From NCBI GenBank assembly GCA_963741955.1, contig CAVUKB010000006.1:352001-416000 (forward strand): 64,000 nt of DNA, read 5' to 3'. Numbering within the stretch: position 1 is the first letter of the stretch; the number at the start of each line of letters is the position of its first letter. The notes beneath the pieces were generated by a model, which did not search any database, had not been told where the DNA came from, and saw only the letters and a list, made by a program, of their open reading frames with translations. The position numbers and the translations under genes are program-made. Source of the DNA: an uncultured Acidobacteriota bacterium. GTDB lineage: Bacteria; Acidobacteriota; Thermoanaerobaculia; Gp7-AA8. Shown one piece after another: positions 18,761 to 28,115 of the stretch.

Positions 18761-18946
18761 AGCCCGAAAACGGCTCTGCAGGAGTCCCGCTCGCGGCGCG
18801 CGCGGTGCACGGTGACCGAACACATACGTGACTGCTTCGTCACCGCGACATGACCCGTTTGGTGGGTCGCAAACGCTAACATTCAGATCCCGCCCCGTTG
18901 CGGTCACGCGATGTCCACGTACGACTTCCAACAAACATCGATCAGG

Positions 18947-19405
18947 ATGATTGCGCCTCGCTCGCTCGTCAGGCAGCGATGGGGATGGCTTTTCCCCGCC
19001 GCATTCGCCGCCCATGCGATGGAGGAGGTCGCGATGGACCTTCCCGGCTGGCTCTCGTCGCATCTGGGGAGGTCGATCTCCCCGCATGATTTCCTGATCC
19101 TGAGCACGATCTTCGTCGCGTTCTCCGCCGGAGGAGTGATTCTGGCCTGGGAAGTCGGCGGCGCCCGTTGGGTTCTCTCTTCGTTTGGAACGGTCCTTCT
19201 CGTCGCTGCATCGATCCACGTGGCCGAAGCGGCTGCGACAGGTGGTTACAGTCCGGGGCTCGGCACGGCCCTCGCCGCCCTTCCGCTCGGCACATTCGCC
19301 CTCTTCCGGATGCGCCGTCTGCTGCGACCGGTCACGTTCATCTTCTCCATCTTCTTCGGAATGCTCCTTTACGCAATCGCGACGACGCTCGTGATGGCGG
19401 CATAG
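18947..19405 (+). CDS. HXXEE-domain membrane protein
   Basis: HAMEE motif, 'YSPGL' and about 5 TMs. Alternative start at 18911. Confidence 0.8.
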   Translation: MIAPRSLVRQRWGWLFPAAFAAHAMEEVAMDLPGWLSSHLGRSISPHDFLILSTIFVAFSAGGVILAWEVGGARWVLSSFGTVLLVAASIHVAEAAATGGYSPGLGTALAALPLGTFALFRMRRLLRPVTFIFSIFFGMLLYAIATTLVMAA

Positions 19406-19586
19406 CCCGCATTTCTCACACCGTCTCGTCGCGAGGGGGCGGAGAGTGGCCTGGATGCAAGGCGCGCCCGGCTTCGGCAACGAAGGCATAGTGGTGACTA
19501 TGTCGAGGAGCCGAAGCAGGGCGCAACGCAGCAGACAGGCCGCTATCCGTCTTCGCAGCAGAGATGGTGTGAGAAATGCGGGCTAG
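19403..19586. mobile_element. MITE-like palindromic element
   Basis: 25-bp terminal inverted repeats TAGCCCGCATTTCTCACACCRTCTC (24/25 match), nested internal palindromes, TAG at both ends. Confidence 0.75.
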
Positions 19587-19622
19587 ACTCGCTCCACGCT
19601 CCGCCGGAATCGCCCTGAAGCG

Positions 19623-19656
19623 AAAAAACCCACCGGCGTTCCCGCCAGTGGGGGGT
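19623..19656 (-). terminator. Intrinsic terminator of icd
   Basis: GC stem-loop followed by a T-run on the minus strand, just after the icd stop. Confidence 0.65.
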
Positions 19657-19677
19657 CAGGTCTGCAGGATGATGTAG

Positions 19678-20937
<1,260 letters not shown>

Positions 20938-21152
20938 CGCGTTCACCTTTCGAGGATGAAATTGGTCTGAGGCCGGACGAGGATTCGAGCACGGACTCGG
21001 GCGACGGCGCGATTCGGCGAACACTGCCGATCCCCACCGGCCCGGGGAAGCGACTCGATCGTTCCTGCAGGACGTCGTCGAGAGACTCCGTATCCGGAAA
21101 AGACTTTAGACCGAAAGGGGCGAGCGGCGCAATTGAACGCCGACCGCCGCAG

Positions 21153-22055
21153 TCAACGCGCGCGCTTTCGCTTCCTTTTCATCAACGATCGCAACACGCC
21201 GAGGTTTTGCAGATCGAGCTCGTTCGAATCGCCCTTCGGCGTCTCCAGGACCTTCGGAATCCCGCGGAATCGGGGATCGTTGAGCAGCAGCTCGAACGCG
21301 GCGGTACCGATCTCACCCTCGCCGATGTGATGGTGGCGGTCGACACGCGAGCAGAGCCCCTTCTTCGAGTCATTCAGGTGGAATGCCCCGACGTTCTCGA
21401 GCCCGACGTGCTCGGTCAGCGCGTCGATGGTGCGCTCGTAGCCGTCGCGGGTCCGGATCTCGTAGCCCGACGCGAAGACGTGGCAGGTATCGAAACAGAC
21501 GCCGACGCGTGACGGATGATCGACGAGGCGCAGCATCCGTCCGAGCTCCTCGAATGTGCATCCGACCGACGAGCCCTGCCCGGCGGAGGTCTCGAGGAGC
21601 GTCACCACCTCGCAATCCGGCATCGACGCGTGAACGTCGTCGAGCGAGCGGGCGATCTGATCGATCCCGGCATCGACTCCGGCTCCCATGTGTGCTCCCG
21701 GATGAAGAACGACGGCGAAGAGCCCGAGCTGCGCTGCGCGCGTGAGCTCGTCCTTCAACGCCGCGACCGACTTCCGGTGGAACTCCGGATTCGTGGTCGC
21801 GAGGTTGATCAGGTAGGCCGCGTGGGAGAAGACCGCGCCGACCGCGGGCGCCTTCGCCCGTTCATCGGCGAAAACGCGGAGGTGCTCGTCGGTGAAAGGC
21901 TTCGCGTTCCACTGGTTCGAGTTCTTGGTGAAGAGAGCGACCGCCGTCGCACCCACTTCGACGGCTCGCCCGAAGACGGTGTGCACGCCACCTTTGGTCG
22001 AGATGTGTGCGCCGATCAGATCAGACGAGGTATCCGGAAAACGGAGTCGAGTCAT
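21153..22055 (-). CDS. nfo: Endonuclease IV
   Basis: 'HAAYLINLA', 'VLHPG', 'LLETSAGQG', 'DTCHVFASG' and 'HLNDSK...DRHHHIGEG'. Confidence 0.95.
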   Translation of the reverse strand: MTRLRFPDTSSDLIGAHISTKGGVHTVFGRAVEVGATAVALFTKNSNQWNAKPFTDEHLRVFADERAKAPAVGAVFSHAAYLINLATTNPEFHRKSVAALKDELTRAAQLGLFAVVLHPGAHMGAGVDAGIDQIARSLDDVHASMPDCEVVTLLETSAGQGSSVGCTFEELGRMLRLVDHPSRVGVCFDTCHVFASGYEIRTRDGYERTIDALTEHVGLENVGAFHLNDSKKGLCSRVDRHHHIGEGEIGTAAFELLLNDPRFRGIPKVLETPKGDSNELDLQNLGVLRSLMKRKRKRAR

Positions 22056-22112
22056 CGAAGAATCTGAAACCAGCTGCGGAGTTCCAACAATCCCCCCCGG
22101 AAGCCTGCACGA

Positions 22113-23138
22113 TCACCGCGGCAATCTGAAGTTCACGGTCACCGTGTAGTAGACGTCGATCGGCTCTCCCTGCCACGTCGCCGGGCGGAACCGCCACCGT
22201 CCAACTGCTTCTCGTGCGGCCTCACCGAGGCCGTAAGGGAGATCGCGAAGGATGTCGACATTGTCGACTCTTCCGTCGCGCCTGATCACCGCACGCAGAA
22301 CGACTGTCCCTTCGATGCCCGCGCGCTGGGCCGCGTAGGGGTATCGGGGCATGACCCGATCGAGAAGCTCGGGCTGCGTCCCTCCGGGAGGGACCGCGGG
22401 ATACACGCCATAGCGGTTCGGCTCCATTCCCGGGGGCGGTGTGGGAGTCGTTTCCGCGGAAGGAGGAGCGGTTTCGGCCGGCTCGGCGGCGGTCGTTCCT
22501 TCCGTCTCGATTCCCGATTCCATCGAGGTCGACGTCTCGGGAGCGACTGCCACGCGGGCGTTTCCCTCGGTGGCGGAAAGGTCGACTGCGTCGACGCTGA
22601 CGTACGCAACGTGACCCGAGCTGGTGATTGCAAAGAAGTCGTGGTCCCGGGTGTAGACGCTCACCTTCTCTCCCCGGTCGAGGCTCCCGATGGCGGGGTA
22701 GAACTCGCCGGGACCGGAATAAAGAGGCGTCTCCTTCTCGACCACTCCCTCCAGAGGAGGAAGCTTCAGGATGCTTTCGTTACGTGCAATGCGGCGCGCG
22801 TGGTCCTGCGGAACTTCGAGCGAGCTCCGCTCGGTCCAGCCGGTGATTCCCTTCTCATTCCGGACCCGGGCCCAGGCTCCCTCCTCCGAGACGAGTTGCA
22901 TCTTCTCTCCCTGAACGGCGGTAGTGAGAACCGGGGCTTTCGGGTCGGGTTTGGTACGGATCTTCAGTTTCAACGGAATGACGTACAGCTCATTCGTCGC
23001 GACCGGCTGTTCCGTCTCCGGCGGTTTCCCGCTGCTGATCAGAAGAAGCGTCAGAATCGTGAGAAACACGATCGCCAGCACGATGATCACCAGAATCCCG
23101 CGCTTGCTCGCTTCTGATGGGCTCGGGGTCTCGGACAT
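22113..23138 (-). CDS. Membrane-anchored tandem SH3b + TonB C-terminal domain protein
   Basis: N-terminal TM; SH3b-like 'WARVR...GITGW' and 'LYSGPG..YPAIG.L'; TonB_C 'PRYP..A...GIEGTVVL...WRFRPA...VNF'. Confidence 0.85.
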   Translation of the reverse strand: MSETPSPSEASKRGILVIIVLAIVFLTILTLLLISSGKPPETEQPVATNELYVIPLKLKIRTKPDPKAPVLTTAVQGEKMQLVSEEGAWARVRNEKGITGWTERSSLEVPQDHARRIARNESILKLPPLEGVVEKETPLYSGPGEFYPAIGSLDRGEKVSVYTRDHDFFAITSSGHVAYVSVDAVDLSATEGNARVAVAPETSTSMESGIETEGTTAAEPAETAPPSAETTPTPPPGMEPNRYGVYPAVPPGGTQPELLDRVMPRYPYAAQRAGIEGTVVLRAVIRRDGRVDNVDILRDLPYGLGEAAREAVGRWRFRPATWQGEPIDVYYTVTVNFRLPR

Positions 23139-23144
23139 CGGGTC

Positions 23145-24080
23145 TCAGGCTCCGCGCTTCCGATCTTTCATCAGCAGATAGAGAACCGCCTTCTGGACGT
23201 GCAGCCGGTTCTCGGCTTCATCGAAGATGACGGACTGCGGGCCGTCGACGACCTCCGCCGCCACTTCCTCTCCGCGATGCGCCGGAAGGCAGTGCATGAA
23301 GATCGCGCTCTTCTTCGCCCGCGCCATCGCCTTCGCGTCGACTTGCCATCCTTCGAAATCGCGGCGGCGCTTTTCGGCCTCACCCTCCTGACCCATCGAC
23401 GCCCATACGTCGGTCTCGACGATGTCGGCATCGCTGACCGCCTCGTCGACGGAGTTGGTGAGAGTCACCTTCGTTCCGGCGGAATCGGCATCGGCCTGTG
23501 CCGTGGCGACGACTGCGGGATCGGGCTCGTACCCTTTCGGAGTGGCGATGGCGATGTCCATTCCGACCTTCGAGGCACCGAACATGAGCGAGTGCGCCAT
23601 GTTGTTTCCGTCGCCGACCCAGGCGATCTTCCGTCCCTTCAGGGATCCGAGCTTTTCGGTGGCAGTGAAGTAGTCGGTCAGACCCTGACAGGGGTGGAGC
23701 AGATCCGTCAGGCCGTTGATCACCGGCACCGACGCGTACTCGGCGAGGTCGGTGACCGTCTTGTGCGCGAACGTTCGCGCCATGATCGCGTCGATGTAGC
23801 GGGAGAGGACCTTCGCAGTGTCGTAGATCGTCTCGCCGCGACCGAGCTGGATGTCTCGCGACGAGAGAAAGAGGGCGTGACCTCCGAGCTGGAACATTCC
23901 GACTTCGAAAGAGACGCGGGTTCGGGTGGACGACTTCTCGAAGATCATGGCCAGACTTTTTCCGGCCAGGGAAGTGGTGTACTTCCCGGGACTCTGTTTC
24001 ATGTCCTTCGCCACTTCGAAAACGCGGGCGACGTCATCGGCGCTGTAGTCGTGGATGGAAATCAGATCTTTGTGTTTCAA
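23145..24080 (-). CDS. argF: Ornithine carbamoyltransferase
   Basis: STRTR, HPCQ, SMG, HCLP and 'EAENRLH' motifs. Confidence 0.96.
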   Translation of the reverse strand: MKHKDLISIHDYSADDVARVFEVAKDMKQSPGKYTTSLAGKSLAMIFEKSSTRTRVSFEVGMFQLGGHALFLSSRDIQLGRGETIYDTAKVLSRYIDAIMARTFAHKTVTDLAEYASVPVINGLTDLLHPCQGLTDYFTATEKLGSLKGRKIAWVGDGNNMAHSLMFGASKVGMDIAIATPKGYEPDPAVVATAQADADSAGTKVTLTNSVDEAVSDADIVETDVWASMGQEGEAEKRRRDFEGWQVDAKAMARAKKSAIFMHCLPAHRGEEVAAEVVDGPQSVIFDEAENRLHVQKAVLYLLMKDRKRGA

Positions 24081-24300
24081 GATTTACCTCTCGAGCGTTT
24101 CAGTCGGCGCATTCTATTACGAGTTCGACATGCGGACCGGCTCGATGGTTTCGGATTGCCCGATCGCGATTAGAATCGGCCTGCAAAGTGTTATCCATGC
24201 GGGAGTCGTTCCCCGGGCAGGACCCGGAACGGCCCTGCCGGAGAACGACGAAAGGTTCGTTCGAGCCGGTGACGGGTGATCTTCCGGGAGGAGAGAAGGA

Positions 24301-24795
24301 ATGTCGGAGAGGGAAGCATTGATCGGGCGGTACGAACGAGGGGCGGAACTGATTCTCGAGGCTCTCGAGCGGGTTCCGGGGGAAGCCCGGATGTGGCGTC
24401 CGGAAGAAGGACGCTGGTCGGTTCACGAGGTGGTGTGGCATTGTGCGGACGCAGAGCTGGTCGGGGCATCACGGCTCCGCTATCTGCTCGCCGAACCGAA
24501 TCCGATTCTCATCGCCTTCGATCAGGACCTCTGGGCGACGGTACTCGACTACCACGCGCTTCCGATCGAGACCGCTCTCGAAACTCTGCAGGCGGTGCGC
24601 AGATCGACCGTCGCCATCCTTCGAAACCTTCCGGACGACGCGTTCGGCCGGGAAGGGCGTCACACCGAGGTCGGCCCCATGACCGTGCTCCAGTGGCTCG
24701 AGAGCTACGCCGGTCACCTCGAGGATCATGCCCGTCAGATCGAACGGAATCTCGAAGCGTGGAACAAGGGACCGGAGATGGTCGCGAGCGCGTAG
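24301..24795 (+). CDS. DinB/YfiT family protein
   Basis: 'WSVHEVVWHCADAE' and 'GHLEDH' metal-binding His pattern; AAGGA RBS. Confidence 0.87.
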   Translation: MSEREALIGRYERGAELILEALERVPGEARMWRPEEGRWSVHEVVWHCADAELVGASRLRYLLAEPNPILIAFDQDLWATVLDYHALPIETALETLQAVRRSTVAILRNLPDDAFGREGRHTEVGPMTVLQWLESYAGHLEDHARQIERNLEAWNKGPEMVASA

Positions 24796-24816
24796 CCCCT
24801 CCGAAACCATCCGGGC

Positions 24817-25575
24817 TCACGCTCGGGCCCAGAGCTTCCGTTCCTGCCGCACCGCGCCCTCCTCCTCGAGATGCGTCAGATGCGCGCGAAGCTGCAGCTC
24901 TGCGGCCCGCTCGAGCCGCGGGTCGAGCTCGGGATAGACCGCTCTGCGGAGTGACGAAACCGAAGCCGGTCCGCCTCTGAGCGTCTCGAGAATCTGGTTC
25001 TCCCGTTCCCTCCGGTGCTCGATGTACCAACGGATCCATAGCGTCGCGTCGTCGCGGGTCGGCCCGTGTCCCGGATAGATCCGCGCCGGATTCCTCCCCA
25101 GGAGCTTCTCGAGCGAAGCGAGATAGCTTCCCATGTGGCCGTCCGGTGGGAAGATCACCGTCGTTCCCTCGCCGAGAATCGTGTCGCCGGTGAAAAGCTC
25201 TCCGCCGGAGCCGAGGAAGCAGAAGTGCTCTGCGGTGTGCCCGGGCGTGGCGATTGCCTCCAGCGTCAACGACCCGGCGACGATGTGATCTCCATCCTGG
25301 AGGGCGTGATCGATCGCGGCCGGCTGAAGCGATTCGGCCGGTGCGTACACCCGTGCTCCGGTGCGCTCGCGGAGGGCCACCGCGCCCGGAGCGTGGTCGC
25401 CGTGACGGTGCGTGACGAGGATCGATTCCAGTCGCGGCGCCTTCCGGAGGATCGCGTCGAGATGGGAGTCGATCACCGGGCCGGGATCGATCACCGCAAC
25501 GCCGTCGATGATGTAGCTGCGGGTTCCGTCGAGAGTGAACGGGCCGGGATTCGGGGCGGTGATGCTCTCGATCAT
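24817..25575 (-). CDS. MBL-fold metallo-hydrolase
   Basis: 'APNPGPFTLDGT', THRHGDH, TPGHT, FTGD and PGHG. Confidence 0.92.
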   Translation of the reverse strand: MIESITAPNPGPFTLDGTRSYIIDGVAVIDPGPVIDSHLDAILRKAPRLESILVTHRHGDHAPGAVALRERTGARVYAPAESLQPAAIDHALQDGDHIVAGSLTLEAIATPGHTAEHFCFLGSGGELFTGDTILGEGTTVIFPPDGHMGSYLASLEKLLGRNPARIYPGHGPTRDDATLWIRWYIEHRRERENQILETLRGGPASVSSLRRAVYPELDPRLERAAELQLRAHLTHLEEEGAVRQERKLWARA

Positions 25576-26312
25576 GACTCCTCGTCCGGAAGGACGATCC
25601 TGCGATTCCTGCCGTCGATGACCAGCCGCGGTCGGGTCACCGGAACGGTTGCGCCTCGCCTCGCCTCCAGGAGCTCGGCGGCGGAGCGGAATCCGCGGAT
25701 CGCTTCGAGATTCCGGATGGTCGGAAAGACCATCGGCATCTCGCCCCGTTCGCAACGCTGCAGCGCTTCGTCGGGAGTGGCCCAACGGAGCTCGACGACC
25801 TCCCCTTCCTGTGGCGACTCCGCGGTCGGTCCGTCGCACGCCGCGAGAAAGAACCAGGTGTCGTACCGCTTCGGAATCCCTGCGGGAGTGACCCATCGGG
25901 AGGTGAAGACGAGCCTTCCGGCGGCCTCACGCAGATCGTCCGTTCGCGCCCCGAGCGTCTGCTGGCGCCGTATCAGTCCGTCGCGCATCGCGTCGGAGTC
26001 GGGCATGTGGCATCCGAGCCAGATCCCCGCCTCTTCGAAGAGCTCGCGGATGCCGCAGATCTTCATCGTCAGGAGCTCGATCTCTCCTCCGATCTCCGCC
26101 GCGACTGCACGATCAGCCTCGTCCACTGCGCCGCCGGGGAAGACCCAGGCACCTGGAACGAAGCTGCTCTCGGCCGGCCGGCGCATGAAGAGGATCTCGA
26201 ATGGATCTCCGCGAAGCAGGAGAACGCTGGCCGCGGGGAGTGGCACGACCTCGTCTGAACCGCGGCCTGCACCGCGGGGGAGTTCTCGTTCCGTGACGTC
26301 GTGATCGGACAT
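25572..26312 (-). CDS. NUDIX hydrolase
   Basis: 'VFPGG' with a split Nudix box 'IRELFEEAG', 'WVTP...RYDTWFF'. ATGA overlap with the MBL gene. Confidence 0.9.
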   Translation of the reverse strand: MSDHDVTERELPRGAGRGSDEVVPLPAASVLLLRGDPFEILFMRRPAESSFVPGAWVFPGGAVDEADRAVAAEIGGEIELLTMKICGIRELFEEAGIWLGCHMPDSDAMRDGLIRRQQTLGARTDDLREAAGRLVFTSRWVTPAGIPKRYDTWFFLAACDGPTAESPQEGEVVELRWATPDEALQRCERGEMPMVFPTIRNLEAIRGFRSAAELLEARRGATVPVTRPRLVIDGRNRRIVLPDEES

Positions 26313-26397
26313 GCGTGCGGAGGATGTGGATCGAAGCCTTTCGGTCGTTCTGAGTATCTGCGATGCGAGTGAGCCGTGTCGAGCTGCGCCGGAAATG

Positions 26398-26826
26398 TCA
26401 GATCTTCTCGCCGGGAGCGTTCTGCATCCCGACCCAGATCTCCCCTTCCGGCGTTCGTTCTTTCTTCCAGATCGGGACGGTCCGTTTGACCTCGTCGATG
26501 AGCTCGCGGCAGGCGGCGAACGCGTCCGCCCGATGCGGCGAAACGCAGACGATGACGATCGAAGCCTCTCCGACGCGGATCTCGCCGAGCCGGTGCACGA
26601 GCGTGGAGCGTACTTCCGGATGGCGGCCGCTCACCGTCCGGACGATCCTGTCGATCTCCTTTTCTGCCATCGGCCGATAGCATTCGTAGAAGATCGATTC
26701 GACGTCATGACCTTCGTGACGGTTGCGCACCACTCCTTCGAAGAGCGCCACCGCGCCATCGGAATCGCGCAGAACGGACTGGACCAGCGCGTCGCGGTCG
26801 ATCCGTTCGTCGCTCAGCCACGGCAT
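26398..26826 (-). CDS. moaE: Molybdopterin synthase catalytic subunit
   Basis: 'FEGVVRN', 'HRLG', 'SPHR..AF' and 'K..VPIWKKE'. Confidence 0.95.
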   Translation of the reverse strand: MPWLSDERIDRDALVQSVLRDSDGAVALFEGVVRNRHEGHDVESIFYECYRPMAEKEIDRIVRTVSGRHPEVRSTLVHRLGEIRVGEASIVIVCVSPHRADAFAACRELIDEVKRTVPIWKKERTPEGEIWVGMQNAPGEKI

Positions 26827-27074
26827 CAGTGACCTCCGGAGACCGGCGGAATGAACGCGACCTCGTCGCCGTCGTGCAACTCCGTTCCGGCCGGTTCGTA
26901 GTTCTGGTTTACCGCGACCATCGGCGGCGACTGGAAACGCCCGAGATCGGGAAACTCCGAGAGGAGGTCACGCCAGAGATCGGAGGCGCGGCTCCCGTCC
27001 GGAAGGTCACGGTCGATCTCGTCGCGGCCGACGATGTCCCGGAGAATGGCGAACAGAAGGATCCGAACTTTCAT
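26826..27074 (-). CDS. moaD: Molybdopterin synthase sulfur carrier
   Basis: 'LFA.LRD', 'VAVNQ' and 'GDEVAFIPPVSGG(H)'. Confidence 0.93.
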   Translation of the reverse strand: MKVRILLFAILRDIVGRDEIDRDLPDGSRASDLWRDLLSEFPDLGRFQSPPMVAVNQNYEPAGTELHDGDEVAFIPPVSGGH

Positions 27075-27126
27075 CACGTTGATGCGAGTGCGGGATCGGA
27101 GCCCGGAGTGCGCGGCCCGCGTTCCC

Positions 27127-27705
27127 TCACGCTGAAGCCGCAGCAGAACCGGCGAGTCCGAGCTCGTCCGCTCGACTGCAGAGAGCGTTGAGAACGAATT
27201 CGATGTGACGTTCGAGATCGACGCCGAGCTCGCGCGCCCCCTCGTAGATGTCGTCCCGATTCACGCTCCGGGCGAAGGCCTTGTCCTTCAATTTCTTGCG
27301 CACGGAAGAGACTTTCACGTCCCGGATCGACCGCGACGGTTGCACGAGAGCGCAGGCGGTGAGGAATCCGCAGAGCTCGTCACACGCGAAGAGCGCCCGG
27401 GCCATGTCGGTGTCGCGCGGGACGCCGGTGTAGGTCGCGTGGGAGAGGATCGCCCGGCGCAAAGTCTCGTCGAAACCGTTCTCCTCGAGAATCTTCGACC
27501 CGACGAACGGATGCTGGTCGGGCGCCGGATAACGCTCGTAATCGAAATCGTGGAGGAGGCCGGCCATCCCCCACTTCTCCGGGTCTCCGCCCATCTCCGC
27601 GGCATACGCGCGCATGGCCTGTTCGACGGCGAGAGCATGCTTCCGGAGAGATTCGGATTGGGTGTACTGCTGAAGAATGGCGAGTGCTTCGTCGCGGCTC
27701 TTCAT
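27127..27705 (-). CDS. HD-domain (HDIG-like) hydrolase
   Basis: 'H..AVE..M', 'GLLHDFDYE', 'ILSH', 'DEL.G' and 'KDKAFAR.VNR'. Confidence 0.88.
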   Translation of the reverse strand: MKSRDEALAILQQYTQSESLRKHALAVEQAMRAYAAEMGGDPEKWGMAGLLHDFDYERYPAPDQHPFVGSKILEENGFDETLRRAILSHATYTGVPRDTDMARALFACDELCGFLTACALVQPSRSIRDVKVSSVRKKLKDKAFARSVNRDDIYEGARELGVDLERHIEFVLNALCSRADELGLAGSAAASA

Positions 27706-27968
27706 GACGGACGATTATACGTATGTCGAGGAAGCCGTGGATCGTTGACCGACGTGGCCCGGAACGTGCAGATCCGACGGCCATGACGAGAAGGCTCTCG
27801 GAGACGGTTTCGGGGGCTAATCTGCGCGGATCCTGCCTTCTCGTTCGCGCCAAGTGGCTGCTGCGGTCCCGCAAAGTGAATTGGACCGATTTGGACGAAA
27901 GTTCTTTTAGAGACGCTTCCTAGAACCCTTCCTACTTGCCGCAGGGGCCCAGAGACTCGTCGCAGGAA

Positions 27969-28002
27969 ACCCCGCACTGGAAACGGTGCGGGGTGTTTTT
28001 TT
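27969..28002 (+). terminator. Intrinsic terminator upstream of polA
   Basis: ACCCCGCACTG-GAAA-CGGTGCGGGGT stem followed by T7. Confidence 0.75.
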
Positions 28003-28115
28003 CTCGCGGCAGTGCGACGCGGCGCACCGCGAGAGCGTGACAGCATCCCGACCAGCGCCGCATTGCGAATCCGCTTCCGAAAACGCGGTCGATGATCCGG
28101 GGTAGAATCGCCCAC

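Noticed and set aside
18776-18789. 14-bp match CTGCAGGAGTCCCG to the family-A linker
   Set aside because: No flanking REP or core; too short to distinguish a remnant from chance.
26313-26397. Possible Moco riboswitch or structured RNA next to moaE
   Set aside because: Lies downstream rather than upstream of moaDE, and shows only a short GAAA hairpin.
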